This document shows, piece after piece, positions 1-8,379 of a stretch of DNA of 32,000 bases (within the stretch, counting starts at the first letter, position 1; every line of letters begins with the position of its first letter). Source of the stretch: Candidatus Nitrospira inopinata. Lineage in GTDB: Bacteria; Nitrospirota; Nitrospiria; Nitrospirales; Nitrospiraceae. A program made the position numbers and the translations under genes. The notes beneath the pieces are model-generated. The model saw nothing but the letters and a program-made list of their open reading frames with translations. It was not told where the DNA came from and made no database searches. The stretch spans positions 2,940,001 to 2,972,000 of the forward strand of contig NZ_LN885086.1 of assembly GCF_001458695.1 (NCBI RefSeq), read 5' to 3'.

Positions 1-273
1 TTTCCGTTCGACGATTTCACGGAATGTTTCATACGCTCTTTCGGAGACACTTTCGCCGGTTCTCTTGTTCCAGGCCTCGCATCTTTGGACGTCCGACGAG
101 AGGCGGATTTTTCGGCTTTCGTGGACGAGACCGGAGCCGTATAGGCCGCGGTGCGGTTGATTTTCGCAAGCTGCTCCCCGCTTAGGATGCGGACCTGATA
201 GAGCTCAAACAGCTTGCTGATGGCTTTCGTATCCCCCCGTCTGGCCGCGTTCAACAGTTTGCGGCGTTGATTC
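1..273 (-). CDS. hypothetical protein, N-terminal part only (gene runs off the left edge)
   Basis: Hand translation of the reverse strand from ATG at 271-273 gives MNQRRKLLNAARRGDTKAISKLFELYQVRILSGEQLAKINRTAAY..., with no stop before position 1. Purine-rich GAAGAGGAA lies just upstream. It is absent from the ORF track because the window edge truncates it. No family recognised. Confidence 0.35.
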
Positions 274-578
274 ATTTCCTCTTCTTCGGTATGAGAAGCT
301 ACGCGCCGTTCCATCCTCCATCCTTCCTACGTCTCCGGAAACGCCGATCGGATAAAACGTCCCCCACCCGGTCTGTGCCGATAAAAATTGGTCGAGTATA
401 CCAAAGTCGCGGTGAATTTGGGAATCCGCATGAAAAACTTCTGAGTAGTAACCCCATTCTACTTTTCTACTTTTTCACTTTATTGATCATCCAGTAATGA
501 CCGGCTTTTTCCCGAGCGGACCAGTGTAAATTCGGAGAGTTCGCATGCGCACCGACGACCGTCCGTCATTGAGCATAT

Positions 579-607
579 TTGAGCCTATTTCGTACCGTGT
601 GTATAAT
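579..607 (+). promoter_or_regulatory. sigma70-like promoter for the 648 gene (TTGAGC-N17-TATAAT)
   Basis: TTGAGC at 579-584, a 17-nt spacer, and a perfect TATAAT at 602-607. This sits about 40 nt upstream of ATG 648, with AAGGAGG at 630-636 in between. Confidence 0.45.
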
Positions 608-647
608 CTGATCTCCATGCTCTTTATCCAAGGAGGCCGTTCCCATC

Positions 648-1322
648 ATGAGCGAACACACCCAGCACCAGCCGACCGTGTCCGACGACCCCAAGGCGCG
701 TGATCTGCTTCGCAAGGCCTTTGAAGCCACCGCCCGATGGCCGAAAGACTTCGCCGGCTTCACCGCCAACCTGACCGTAAACGTCAACGGGAAAGAAATC
801 GTCGGCTCCGTTATGGTCAAGAGCCCGCGGGAAGTCTCCGTCCAACTCGGCGACGCCGACACCCAAAAGTGGGCGCAGGAACAACTCGGCATGATCGCCG
901 TCCATCGGGGACCTCGCAGCTTCGAGGAGTCCGACGGCAAATATCTGTTGACCATGGAAGAAGACGGGCACCCAATGGGGACCAAGCTCGTCATCCATGG
1001 CTCCAATTCGTTTTACCGCATCAAGGACAATCGCATCACTCAGATCAACCGCAGCATGGCGCATCCCGGCATGGCTCCGTTCGCCTTTACAATCAACGTC
1101 GAGGACGGCGCCGTGACCCAAGACGGAAAGAACCTCACGACCAAATACACGGTCTATTACTACTCGCCGACCGACGGCAAACTGAACAACGTCGAGAGCT
1201 TCACCGATACTCACGTGCGCGTGGGCTCATCCGATCTGCCGGCAACCCGCCGGATCATCTCGTTTGAAAACGGTACCGTCGTCGTCAAGAGCCTCACGTT
1301 CAAAAACCATACGCTCATCTGA
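648..1322 (+). CDS. DUF3386-like protein (uncharacterised, cyanobacterial-type family)
   Basis: 224-aa ORF with an AAGGAGG Shine-Dalgarno upstream. The pattern ARDLLRKAFEATARWPKDFAGF...VHRGPRSFEESDGKY matches my memory of DUF3386 proteins. GC3-rich codon usage. Confidence 0.7.
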   Translation: MSEHTQHQPTVSDDPKARDLLRKAFEATARWPKDFAGFTANLTVNVNGKEIVGSVMVKSPREVSVQLGDADTQKWAQEQLGMIAVHRGPRSFEESDGKYLLTMEEDGHPMGTKLVIHGSNSFYRIKDNRITQINRSMAHPGMAPFAFTINVEDGAVTQDGKNLTTKYTVYYYSPTDGKLNNVESFTDTHVRVGSSDLPATRRIISFENGTVVVKSLTFKNHTLI

Positions 1323-1324
1323 CG

Positions 1325-1786
1325 ATGGACTTGCGAACGGGCTTTCCCCGCAGCATGAAGGTCATGATCGCGGGCCATGTGCATCTGGCCCGCATGATCG
1401 ACAAATGCCGGGCCGTTCTCGCCGGTACCGAAGGCGAATACATCTACCCTTGCCCCATGGATGACCGGCTGTTGGAGTTTGCTGGCCTCACGGCGGAACA
1501 GTTCACGGCGGCCGTGAAGGCCAATCCGACCGATGAAGGGATGGAGGCCTGGTTCCGGCAGGCGGCGAGGCCGCACACACCCGCCGAATTGGAAGAATGG
1601 AATCGGAAGCTGCTGACACGAGGGCCAAGCTCGCCCGAAAGCGCGGCCCGATTCAAGAAATACCTCGACGCCATCGATCCCGCGCGCACCGACATCACGG
1701 CCTGGTCGGACCTCCAAGACTTAGAAGAAGGGCGGGTCGTCCCCAGACGAGATTCGAGAACGTCCTATACCGGTATCAGTAGGTGA
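1325..1786 (+). CDS. DUF5069-like protein
   Basis: 153-aa ORF starting 3 nt after the previous stop. The motif PRS..AGHVHLARMIDKCRA...GEYIYPCPMD is typical of DUF5069. Its 3' end overlaps the convergent reductase gene by 11 nt. Confidence 0.65.
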   Translation: MDLRTGFPRSMKVMIAGHVHLARMIDKCRAVLAGTEGEYIYPCPMDDRLLEFAGLTAEQFTAAVKANPTDEGMEAWFRQAARPHTPAELEEWNRKLLTRGPSSPESAARFKKYLDAIDPARTDITAWSDLQDLEEGRVVPRRDSRTSYTGISR

Positions 1787-2402
1787 GTGCCGGATACTTG
1801 CCGAGGCACGTCGGGTGTTCCGCCTCAGTCACCATGAAGTGGGCCACATCGGCACGGGAAATCGAGTCGATCTGCATTCCCTTTGTCAGTTCAGTCAAGA
1901 CCTGATACCGACCCGTCAGGGGACCATTGGTCAGCCGACCGGGACGGACGATTTCCCACCGCGAATAGCCTGCGGCTATCACACGTTCTTGCTCCGTCTT
2001 ATCCGCATAGACCGCCCTGAGCAGCAAGGTAAAAAAGATTCGCATGGGCAATGAGTTATAGCTCCAACTGTCTCCGGCACCGAACCCGGTCAGGATAATG
2101 AGCGTCGGAGTGGAACTCGATTCCTGGAGGACTTGCAGCAAAACGCGCGCGGAAGAAGAAAACAGTTTGGTGGCCAAGGGGCTTTTGACGCCCAGTGTGA
2201 CGAGAATGGCCTCGGCTCCCGTGATCGCCGATGCCACCGGCCCCGCCTCGGTGGCATTGCCCTGAACCCGTTTAAGCCGAGGATGGTCCGGCAGCGGCAC
2301 GACCCGACGCGATAACGTCGTCACCTCGTGCCCTCGCTCAAGTGCAAGGCGGGTGACCTCACGCCCGATTCCGGCCGACGCCCCGATCACGGCGATCTTC
2401 AT
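1776..2402 (-). CDS. NAD(P)H-binding oxidoreductase (atypical SDR / flavin-reductase-like)
   Basis: An internal ATG at 2400-2402 gives MKIAVIGASAGIGREVTRLALERGHEVTTLSRR (Rossmann GxxGxxG at the N-terminus), 208 aa. The 104 codons upstream in the ORF track have no protein-like character. Confidence 0.8.
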   Translation of the reverse strand: MKIAVIGASAGIGREVTRLALERGHEVTTLSRRVVPLPDHPRLKRVQGNATEAGPVASAITGAEAILVTLGVKSPLATKLFSSSARVLLQVLQESSSTPTLIILTGFGAGDSWSYNSLPMRIFFTLLLRAVYADKTEQERVIAAGYSRWEIVRPGRLTNGPLTGRYQVLTELTKGMQIDSISRADVAHFMVTEAEHPTCLGKYPALTY

Positions 2403-3124
2403 AAAATAGCCCACAAATTGCCATATTGAGTCTCGCGCCGTTTTAACGCGATCGCACGGCCGGAGACATCCGCACAACATCATTTTCAATCGATTCGCCG
2501 CCTTGGTCAAGAGCGCAAAGAACAGGCTCTTTGCCATTGACAATCGGCCACAACGCTCAGGTCCAGCAGCAGACACATAGGTCCATTGGAGATATGACAC
2601 CCTTGGAGCTTTACACCTGCCAAGCCGGAGTCCATCCGGGGAACGGACAAAAATTCCGCTGAACTCTTCGGAGTGTTTTTCCAGCGTCGTGATGAGTCCG
2701 TTTGGGGCTAGCAATCTAATACGTCAATAAGGAGCGAGTAACAATCAGATTCGTGCCTGTCCTTCTCAGTACCCGTTCCATGCGCGTTCTCACGCATTCG
2801 CTCAACCGCTCATCCGCGGCCTTTCAAGACACGTTCTCTACGAAGGCCTCGACATAGGCTTCCCGTTCCCTCACACATAACAGATGGCCCACCCTACACC
2901 GTGATCGACGCCATGGCGACGAAATCGGTCTTCCAGACGCATAGGACCCGAAGCTGGCTTCGGCCGCTCGGATGAACGGTCGGAACGTGAGAAGTCGATG
3001 AATAAACCATGAAGACGTCTCCATGATATGCGGTGCTTCGGTGCTGCGATGGGCCGGGTGGCCGTGCGCGTCACGAGGAAACTTGAAATACGATTGTCGT
3101 TTCCATAGTATTGGCCTATTGACC

Positions 3125-3748
3125 ATGCGATCACGCCAAGCCTCCATCGCGCCGTCCGGTCCGTCGGTTGCCCAGCGCGTGGTCACCGCCGCCCGGCACC
3201 AGTTCATGCGCCATGGGTTTCGCCACGTCACGATGGACGAGCTGGCGGCGGAACTCGGCATGAGCAAGAAGACGCTCTATGCCTGTTTTCCGAGCAAAGT
3301 CGCGCTCCTGGAGGCGGTGCTCCTGGACAAGTTCCGAAGCGTCGAGGCGGATCTCGACGATATCACATCCGACTGTTCCTCCGACGTGTTGAGCGCGCTG
3401 CACCGGCTCCTCGCCTGCATGCAGCGGCATACGGAAGAGATTCAGCCGCCGTTCGTACGCGACATGCGGCGGGAGTCCCCGGAGCTGTTCAAGATCGTGG
3501 AGAACCGGCGCCGGGATGTGATTCAACGCCATTTCGGCAAGATCCTCGGCGAAGGCCGTAAGGCCGGCATTATCAGAAAGGACATACCGGCCACCCTGAT
3601 CATGGAGATTCTGCTGGGCGCCGTGCAGTCCATTATGAATCCGCCGAAGATGGCCGAACTCGCGCTCACCCCGAAAACCGGCTATGCCACGATCATGAAG
3701 GTTTTTCTTGAAGGCGCGATGACCGAGGCGGGAAAGTCCAAATTATGA
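3125..3748 (+). CDS. TetR/AcrR family transcriptional regulator
   Basis: From ATG 3125 the N-terminal HTH reads AARHQFMRHGFRHVTMDELAAELGMSKKTLYACFPSK. The stop overlaps the next gene's start (ATGA at 3745-3748). Gene order resembles E. coli cecR(ybiH)-ybhGFSR. Confidence 0.85.
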   Translation: MRSRQASIAPSGPSVAQRVVTAARHQFMRHGFRHVTMDELAAELGMSKKTLYACFPSKVALLEAVLLDKFRSVEADLDDITSDCSSDVLSALHRLLACMQRHTEEIQPPFVRDMRRESPELFKIVENRRRDVIQRHFGKILGEGRKAGIIRKDIPATLIMEILLGAVQSIMNPPKMAELALTPKTGYATIMKVFLEGAMTEAGKSKL

Positions 3749-4734
3749 GCAGCGGTGGTCCATTATTGCAACGCCTCGTCTGCCGCACGGCGGTCCCGCT
3801 GGCATGGGTGGCGCTGGCGGCCGGTTGCAGCAACTCGGACCCCACCAACCTAGTCCAGGGCTATGTCGAAGGAGAATATGTCTATGTGGCTTCTCCACTT
3901 CCCGGCGCGCTGGAATCCTTGTCAGTGCAACGGGGCACACAGGTGAAGGAGGGCGATCCTCTGTTCGCGCTGGACAGCGCGGCTGAGCAAGCGGCCAGAG
4001 ATGAGGCAGAGCGCAGGCTCGCGCAAGCCAGGGCGAACTTGGAAGACGCCAAGAAGGGCAAGAGGCCCACGGAAATTGAATCGATCAAGGCACAACTGAA
4101 GCAAGCGCGGGCGGCGCTGAAGCTGGCGGAAAGCGAGTTTTCGCGGCACGAGGCTTTGATGAGCGTCCCCGGCGCAACGGCGGAATTAGAGTTTGACCGT
4201 GCCCGATCGATGCGGGACCAGCAACGTCAGCGGGTGGCGCAGCTTGAAGCAGACCTGACGACGGCGCAGCTCGGCTCGCGCAGCGACCTGGTGATCGCGG
4301 CCGAAGCCGAAGTGCGCGCGCGGGAAGCGGCGCTGGCGAAGGCGGAATGGGACCTCTCGCAGAGACGCCAACGAGCCCCGAAGGCGGGCTTAGTGTTCGA
4401 TACGCTCTATCGCGAGGGAGAATGGGTGGCCGCGGGGCGGCCGGTCGTCGCGCTGCTGCCGCCGCAGAACATCAAGGTCCGCGCCTTTGTCCCCCAGGCT
4501 AAGATTGGAACGATTCATCTCGGCGATCAGGTGGCGGTCAGCATGGACGGCGTGGCCCAGCCGTTAATCGGAACCGTGAGCTTTATTTCCCCCCGGGTGG
4601 AATACACTCCACCGGTCATTTATAGCCGGGAAAGCCGGGATAAGCTCGTCTTCATGATTGAAGCCACCTTTGATCCCCAGGTCTCGGCCGACTTGCATCC
4701 GGGACAGCCGGTGGATGTGCGTGTTGGGATTTGA
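3745..4734 (+). CDS. HlyD-family periplasmic adaptor lipoprotein (YbhG-like)
   Basis: 329 aa with lipobox LAAGC. It has a long coiled-coil middle (AEQAARDEAERRLAQARANLEDAKKG...) and a beta-barrel tail, typical of HlyD_D23/YbhG-type adaptors. Confidence 0.85.
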   Translation: MSSGGPLLQRLVCRTAVPLAWVALAAGCSNSDPTNLVQGYVEGEYVYVASPLPGALESLSVQRGTQVKEGDPLFALDSAAEQAARDEAERRLAQARANLEDAKKGKRPTEIESIKAQLKQARAALKLAESEFSRHEALMSVPGATAELEFDRARSMRDQQRQRVAQLEADLTTAQLGSRSDLVIAAEAEVRAREAALAKAEWDLSQRRQRAPKAGLVFDTLYREGEWVAAGRPVVALLPPQNIKVRAFVPQAKIGTIHLGDQVAVSMDGVAQPLIGTVSFISPRVEYTPPVIYSRESRDKLVFMIEATFDPQVSADLHPGQPVDVRVGI

Positions 4735-4794
4735 CAGCCATCGGGAAGACACGGACAGCTCCGTGGCGGGTGATGGCGAAGCTTTGAACGGTCG

Positions 4795-4900
4795 TCATGC
4801 GTCAAACATCATCCGTCAATCGAGCCATGATGCTGGGAGACGTGATACGGAGAGTTGTCGCTCCAATACATTTGACGAATGACAGATGATATTTGACGGA
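4795..4900. repeat. Extragenic palindromic element, copy 1, built from 7-bp-periodic GTCA / TGAC units
   Basis: GTCA/ATCA cores start at 4794, 4801, 4808 and 4815. TGAC/TGAT cores start at 4873, 4880, 4887 and 4894. Arm 4800-4822 is complementary to arm 4876-4898 at 20 of 23 positions, with a 53-nt spacer. It shares TCATGCGTCA and TTGACGAATGAC strings with the element at 7008-7123. Confidence 0.55.
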
Positions 4901-4933
4901 TCGCCCTGCCCCTAACCGTGAGCCACACAGACT

Positions 4934-5860
4934 ATGACGAACGATCTGGCCATCAACGTGCGTGGGATGACGAAGCGATTCGGCGCGCTGACCGCCGTGG
5001 ACCATATCGACCTGGACGTTCGCCAGGGAGAGATCTGCGGATTTCTCGGCCCGAACGGCAGCGGGAAGACGACGTTCATCCGCATGCTCTGCGGGCTCCT
5101 CCGCCCGGACGAGGGCAGCGGTACCTGCCTGGGCCATAACGTCATCACCGAGAGCGAGGCCATCAAGCGCCAGGTCGGCTACATGACACAGCGGTTCAGC
5201 TTCTACGAAGATCTGAGCATCGCCGAGAATCTGGACTTCGTGGCGCGCATGTACTCGGTTCCGAACCGCCGCGAAGCGGTCCGCGCGAGCCTGGACCGGC
5301 TCGGCTTGACGGAGCGGAAACAGCAACTGGCGGGCCAGTTGTCCGGCGGATGGAAACAGCGCCTGGCTCTTGCCGCCTGCATGATCCACGATCCCAAGCT
5401 GCTCCTGCTCGATGAGCCGACCGCCGGGGTCGATCCCAAAGCGCGCCGCGAGTTCTGGGAGCAGATCCATGAGTTGGCCGCGCAGGGCCTGACGTTCCTG
5501 ATCTCCACGCATTATATGGACGAAGCCGAGCGGTGCCACCGGCTCGCCTACATCACCGCCGGCAAGTTGCTCACCCATGGCACCGTTACGGAAGTCATCG
5601 CCCACTCGCGGCTCACGACTTGGTCCGTCAGCGGCCCGAATCTCGTCGAGTTCGCTCAGCGGCTCAGGACGGCACCGGGCGTGCAACAGGCGGTGGCGTT
5701 CGGCACGATGTTGCATGTCAGCGGAGACGACGCGCCTGCACTCGAACGGGCGATCGCGTCGTTTCGAACGGAGCCCTATGAATGGCGGCGGATCGAGACG
5801 GGGCTGGAGGACGTGTTCATTCACCTGATGGACAATGCGCCGGAGCGGGTGTCGGCATGA
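4934..5860 (+). CDS. ABC transporter ATP-binding protein (ABC-2 / YbhF-like, single NBD)
   Basis: Walker A GPNGSGKTT, signature LSGGWKQR, Walker B LLLLDEPTAGVD; 308 aa. Confidence 0.9.
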   Translation: MTNDLAINVRGMTKRFGALTAVDHIDLDVRQGEICGFLGPNGSGKTTFIRMLCGLLRPDEGSGTCLGHNVITESEAIKRQVGYMTQRFSFYEDLSIAENLDFVARMYSVPNRREAVRASLDRLGLTERKQQLAGQLSGGWKQRLALAACMIHDPKLLLLDEPTAGVDPKARREFWEQIHELAAQGLTFLISTHYMDEAERCHRLAYITAGKLLTHGTVTEVIAHSRLTTWSVSGPNLVEFAQRLRTAPGVQQAVAFGTMLHVSGDDAPALERAIASFRTEPYEWRRIETGLEDVFIHLMDNAPERVSA

Positions 5861-6999
5861 CGAAGCGGCTGGCCTTTTCACCAGCCCGGTTCTGGGCGAT
5901 TGTCGTCAAGGAGTTCATCCAGATGCGTCGGGACCGCCTGACCTTCGGAATGATGGTGGGGGTGCCGCTGATCCAGCTCACGCTGTTCGGTCTGGCGATC
6001 AATTCGGACCCCAAGCAGTTGCCCACCGCCGTGCTCCTGGCCGACCATGGTCCGCAAGGGCGCTCGCTGCTGTACGGGATTCGAAACAGCGGCTATTTTG
6101 AATTCGTGCGACAGGTGCAGACCGAAGCCGAGGCGGAGGCGGCGCTCGCGCGCGGCGAAGCCCAGTTCGTCGTCAACATTCCGGAGAACTTCACGCGCGA
6201 CCTCCTGCGCGGCGATAGGCCGACCGTGCTGCTGGAAGCGGACGCAACCGATCCCGCCGCTACGAGCAACGCGCTGGGCTCGCTGCGCACGGTGGTGAAT
6301 ACAGCCTTGCGGGAAGATCTCAAGGGGCCGCTCGCCTTTCTCGCCGCCGGCGACAGTCCGATCGATCTGCGGGTCCATCCTCGATATAACCCCGAGGCGA
6401 TCACCCATTACAACATCGTGCCGGGCCTGATGGGCGTCGTCCTCACGATGACTATGATCATGATCACGGGATTGGCCATCACGCGAGAACGCGAGCGCGG
6501 CACCATGGAGAATCTCCTCTCGATGCCCACCCGTCCCTTCGAAGTCATGACCGGCAAGATCCTGCCCTACATCATCGTGGGCTACGTGCAGGTCGGGTTG
6601 ATCCTCCTGGCCGCGCGCTTTCTCTTTCACGTGCCGATGGTCGGCAACATCCTGTTGCTGCTCGCCGTGACCCTGGTGTTCATCGCTGCCAACCTGGCGG
6701 TCGGCATCACCTTTTCCACGTTGGCCAAGAACCAACTGCAGGCCGTGCAAATGACGTTCTTTTTCTTCCTCCCCTCTCTCCTCTTGTCCGGCTTCATGTT
6801 CCCGTTCCGGGGCATGCCGCAATGGGCGCAGGCCATCGGCGAGGTCTTTCCGCTCACGCATTTTCTGCGCATCGTGCGAGGTATTCTGTTGAAGGGCAAC
6901 GGATTCGAAGAGGTCGTCCTCCAGCTCTGGCAGATCGCCCTGTTCGCCGCGGTCGCGCTGATCATCGGCGTGAAGCGGTACCGGCAGACACTGGACTAG
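5857..6999 (+). CDS. ABC-2 type transporter permease (YbhS/YbhR-like)
   Basis: ATG 5857 overlaps the ATPase stop (ATGA). The protein starts MTKRLAFSPARFWAIVVKEFIQMRRDRLTF, has a large extracytoplasmic loop followed by about 5 more TM helices, and is 380 aa. Confidence 0.9.
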   Translation: MTKRLAFSPARFWAIVVKEFIQMRRDRLTFGMMVGVPLIQLTLFGLAINSDPKQLPTAVLLADHGPQGRSLLYGIRNSGYFEFVRQVQTEAEAEAALARGEAQFVVNIPENFTRDLLRGDRPTVLLEADATDPAATSNALGSLRTVVNTALREDLKGPLAFLAAGDSPIDLRVHPRYNPEAITHYNIVPGLMGVVLTMTMIMITGLAITRERERGTMENLLSMPTRPFEVMTGKILPYIIVGYVQVGLILLAARFLFHVPMVGNILLLLAVTLVFIAANLAVGITFSTLAKNQLQAVQMTFFFFLPSLLLSGFMFPFRGMPQWAQAIGEVFPLTHFLRIVRGILLKGNGFEEVVLQLWQIALFAAVALIIGVKRYRQTLD

Positions 7000-7007
7000 C
7001 CCGGCCT

Positions 7008-7123
7008 TCATGCTTCGTCAATCGACAAGCGTCAACCGTCTATCGTCGCCCGTCAATTGTCATCGGTCATAGACGACATAGACCCCTTGGCCGCCCTTTC
7101 ATCAATTGACGAATGACGCATGA
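7008..7123. repeat. Extragenic palindromic element, copy 2 (heptad GTCA array plus inverted TGAC units)
   Basis: Cores GTCA/GACA/GTCT/GTCG occur at 7017, 7024, 7031, 7038, 7045, 7052, 7059 and 7066, an exact 7-bp period. TGAC/TGAG occur at 7107, 7114 and 7121. The termini TCATGC (7008-7013) and GCATGA (7118-7123) are complementary, as are TTCGTCAAT (7014-7022) and ATTGACGAA (7105-7113). Confidence 0.55.
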
Positions 7124-7287
7124 GGGGCGTCCCGACCGCCAAGATCAGTCGAGGTTGATTTCACCTTCGATTGGTATTGCCCAGGAAATCTCTGATTTAT
7201 TCTCTCTGTCCGATGTACTACGGGTTGCGCAGCACTGAACGGGAGGCGCGCTCATGGACCACCGACATTTGCGGAGGTGTCGCTTGA

Positions 7288-7405
7288 AATGTGCATGATA
7301 GCCAAGTGTTACCTAAGTTGCTGCACGGGCAGGAGATGTGGGTGCGGGGGCGATGCCGTCTACAGCGTGCGTCACGGACCGCGCGACAGCGCCTCGCCAT
7401 TCTGA
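7288..7405 (+). pseudogene. IS5-family DDE transposase relic (short, frameshifted fragment)
   Basis: The translation reads (stop)NVHDSQVLPKLLHGQEMWVRG. After a +1 shift it continues GDAVYSVRHGPRDSASPF(stop). The NVHDSQ-L--LLHG-E--V-GD-AY string is characteristic of IS5-group transposases around the second catalytic Asp. There is no intact ORF and I found no terminal inverted repeats. Confidence 0.5.
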
Positions 7406-7443
7406 ACCGATTCACCGGCATCGTCAAACGGCGTCGAGACTCG

Positions 7444-8217
7444 TCATTTTTGATGTCCCGCTCGGACGATCAACTCCTTCAGCCCGTCCAAATCCAGCAT
7501 CCCGGGGACCAGTTCCGTGCCGACGATGAAGCCAGGCGTCCCTGAAATGCCGAGCTCCTCGGCAAGCGCCCGATTCTTGTCAATGATGGCCTGCCACTGA
7601 GGATCGGCCATGTCCGCTTCCAGGCGTTTCACGTCGAGACCCACGCCGGCGGCGATCTTCAAAATTTCATCTTTGGTCATGTCGGCATGCGACGCGAGCA
7701 GCGCCTCGTGAAAGACCCGGTGCTTTCCTTGCGCCTGAGACGCGAGCGCCGCCTTCGCCGCGAGCTCGGACGGCTCGCCCAGAATGGGGAAGTCCTTGTA
7801 GACCACTCGCACCCGTGGATCTTCCTTCTGAAGTTGCGTGACGGCCGACGCGGCCCGTTTGCAGTAGCCGCAGCGATAGTCGTAGAACTCGACCAGCGTG
7901 ATCTCGCCCTTCGGATTGCCGCTGACCGGCGACGACGGATCGTGCAGCAGTTCGTCCTGCTTTGTCGCAAGGGCGACTCTTTGACGCTCCTGTAGCTCCG
8001 CCCGCCGTTTCGCCTCCATGGCTTGCAGCGATTGGACGATCACTTCAGGATGAGCGCGGATGTACCGTTCGATCACGGCATCGGCGAGGTCGTGAGAAGA
8101 GGCTGATCCCTTCTTGGTTTGGTCGGCCGTCGTCGAACAACCGGATGCAAATAATGCCAGCGCGGCACAGACGCTCATTCCAAACCGGACACGGCTCCAG
8201 ATATAGAGATGACTCAT
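7444..8217 (-). CDS. DsbA-family thiol:disulfide oxidoreductase lipoprotein (DsbG/COG1651-like)
   Basis: Thioredoxin active site YRCGYCKR, lipobox LFASGC. The preferred start is ATG 8215-8217, preceded by GAGGAG; the ORF-track start at 8232 is a TTG lying inside that SD. Confidence 0.85.
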   Translation of the reverse strand: MSHLYIWSRVRFGMSVCAALALFASGCSTTADQTKKGSASSHDLADAVIERYIRAHPEVIVQSLQAMEAKRRAELQERQRVALATKQDELLHDPSSPVSGNPKGEITLVEFYDYRCGYCKRAASAVTQLQKEDPRVRVVYKDFPILGEPSELAAKAALASQAQGKHRVFHEALLASHADMTKDEILKIAAGVGLDVKRLEADMADPQWQAIIDKNRALAEELGISGTPGFIVGTELVPGMLDLDGLKELIVRAGHQK

Positions 8218-8379
8218 GGCTGTTCTCCTCAAGGAATGAATTCTTTGCTTGCGTGGCCGGTGAATCTGTGACTGCGGTATCGGATCAGGCCGGGAGCATA
8301 GCCGATGGAGAAACCTGCTGAAAACAACCCAATCTCACACGCATGATCTGACGCACAACGAACATACCTCCCCCTCTCG

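Noticed and set aside
267-497. 76-aa plus-strand ORF in the divergent intergenic region
   Set aside because: It lies in a low-GC, AT-rich promoter region, has no SD and an odd composition. It more likely spans the promoters of the two divergent genes.
2403-2714. N-terminal extension of the reductase ORF to 2714 (312 aa); similar extensions at 3023, 5782, 13641 and 29400
   Set aside because: The conserved N-termini (Rossmann GxxGxxG, TetR HTH, ABC-2 N-terminus, GlgC MILAGGKG) begin at internal start codons. The extensions have atypical codon usage.
3077-3104. GGAAAC-N16-GTTTCC as the TetR operator
   Set aside because: The arms are only 6 bp and the spacer is long and non-palindromic. It is plausible but unsupported, so it is mentioned only inside the spacer finding.
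2824-3267. 147-aa and 87-aa minus-strand ORFs (2824-3267, 2871-3134) as real genes
   Set aside because: They overlap each other in different frames, overlap the TetR start, lack an SD and lack protein-like composition. I kept them only as possible pseudogene debris in the long-spacer finding.
4802-5881. 359-aa minus-strand ORF opposite the ABC ATPase gene (and likewise 5878-7011 opposite the permease)
   Set aside because: These are antisense shadow ORFs, typical of high-GC DNA. They are Arg/Ala/Gly/Pro-rich with no motifs, while the plus-strand genes carry clear Walker/ABC-2 signatures.
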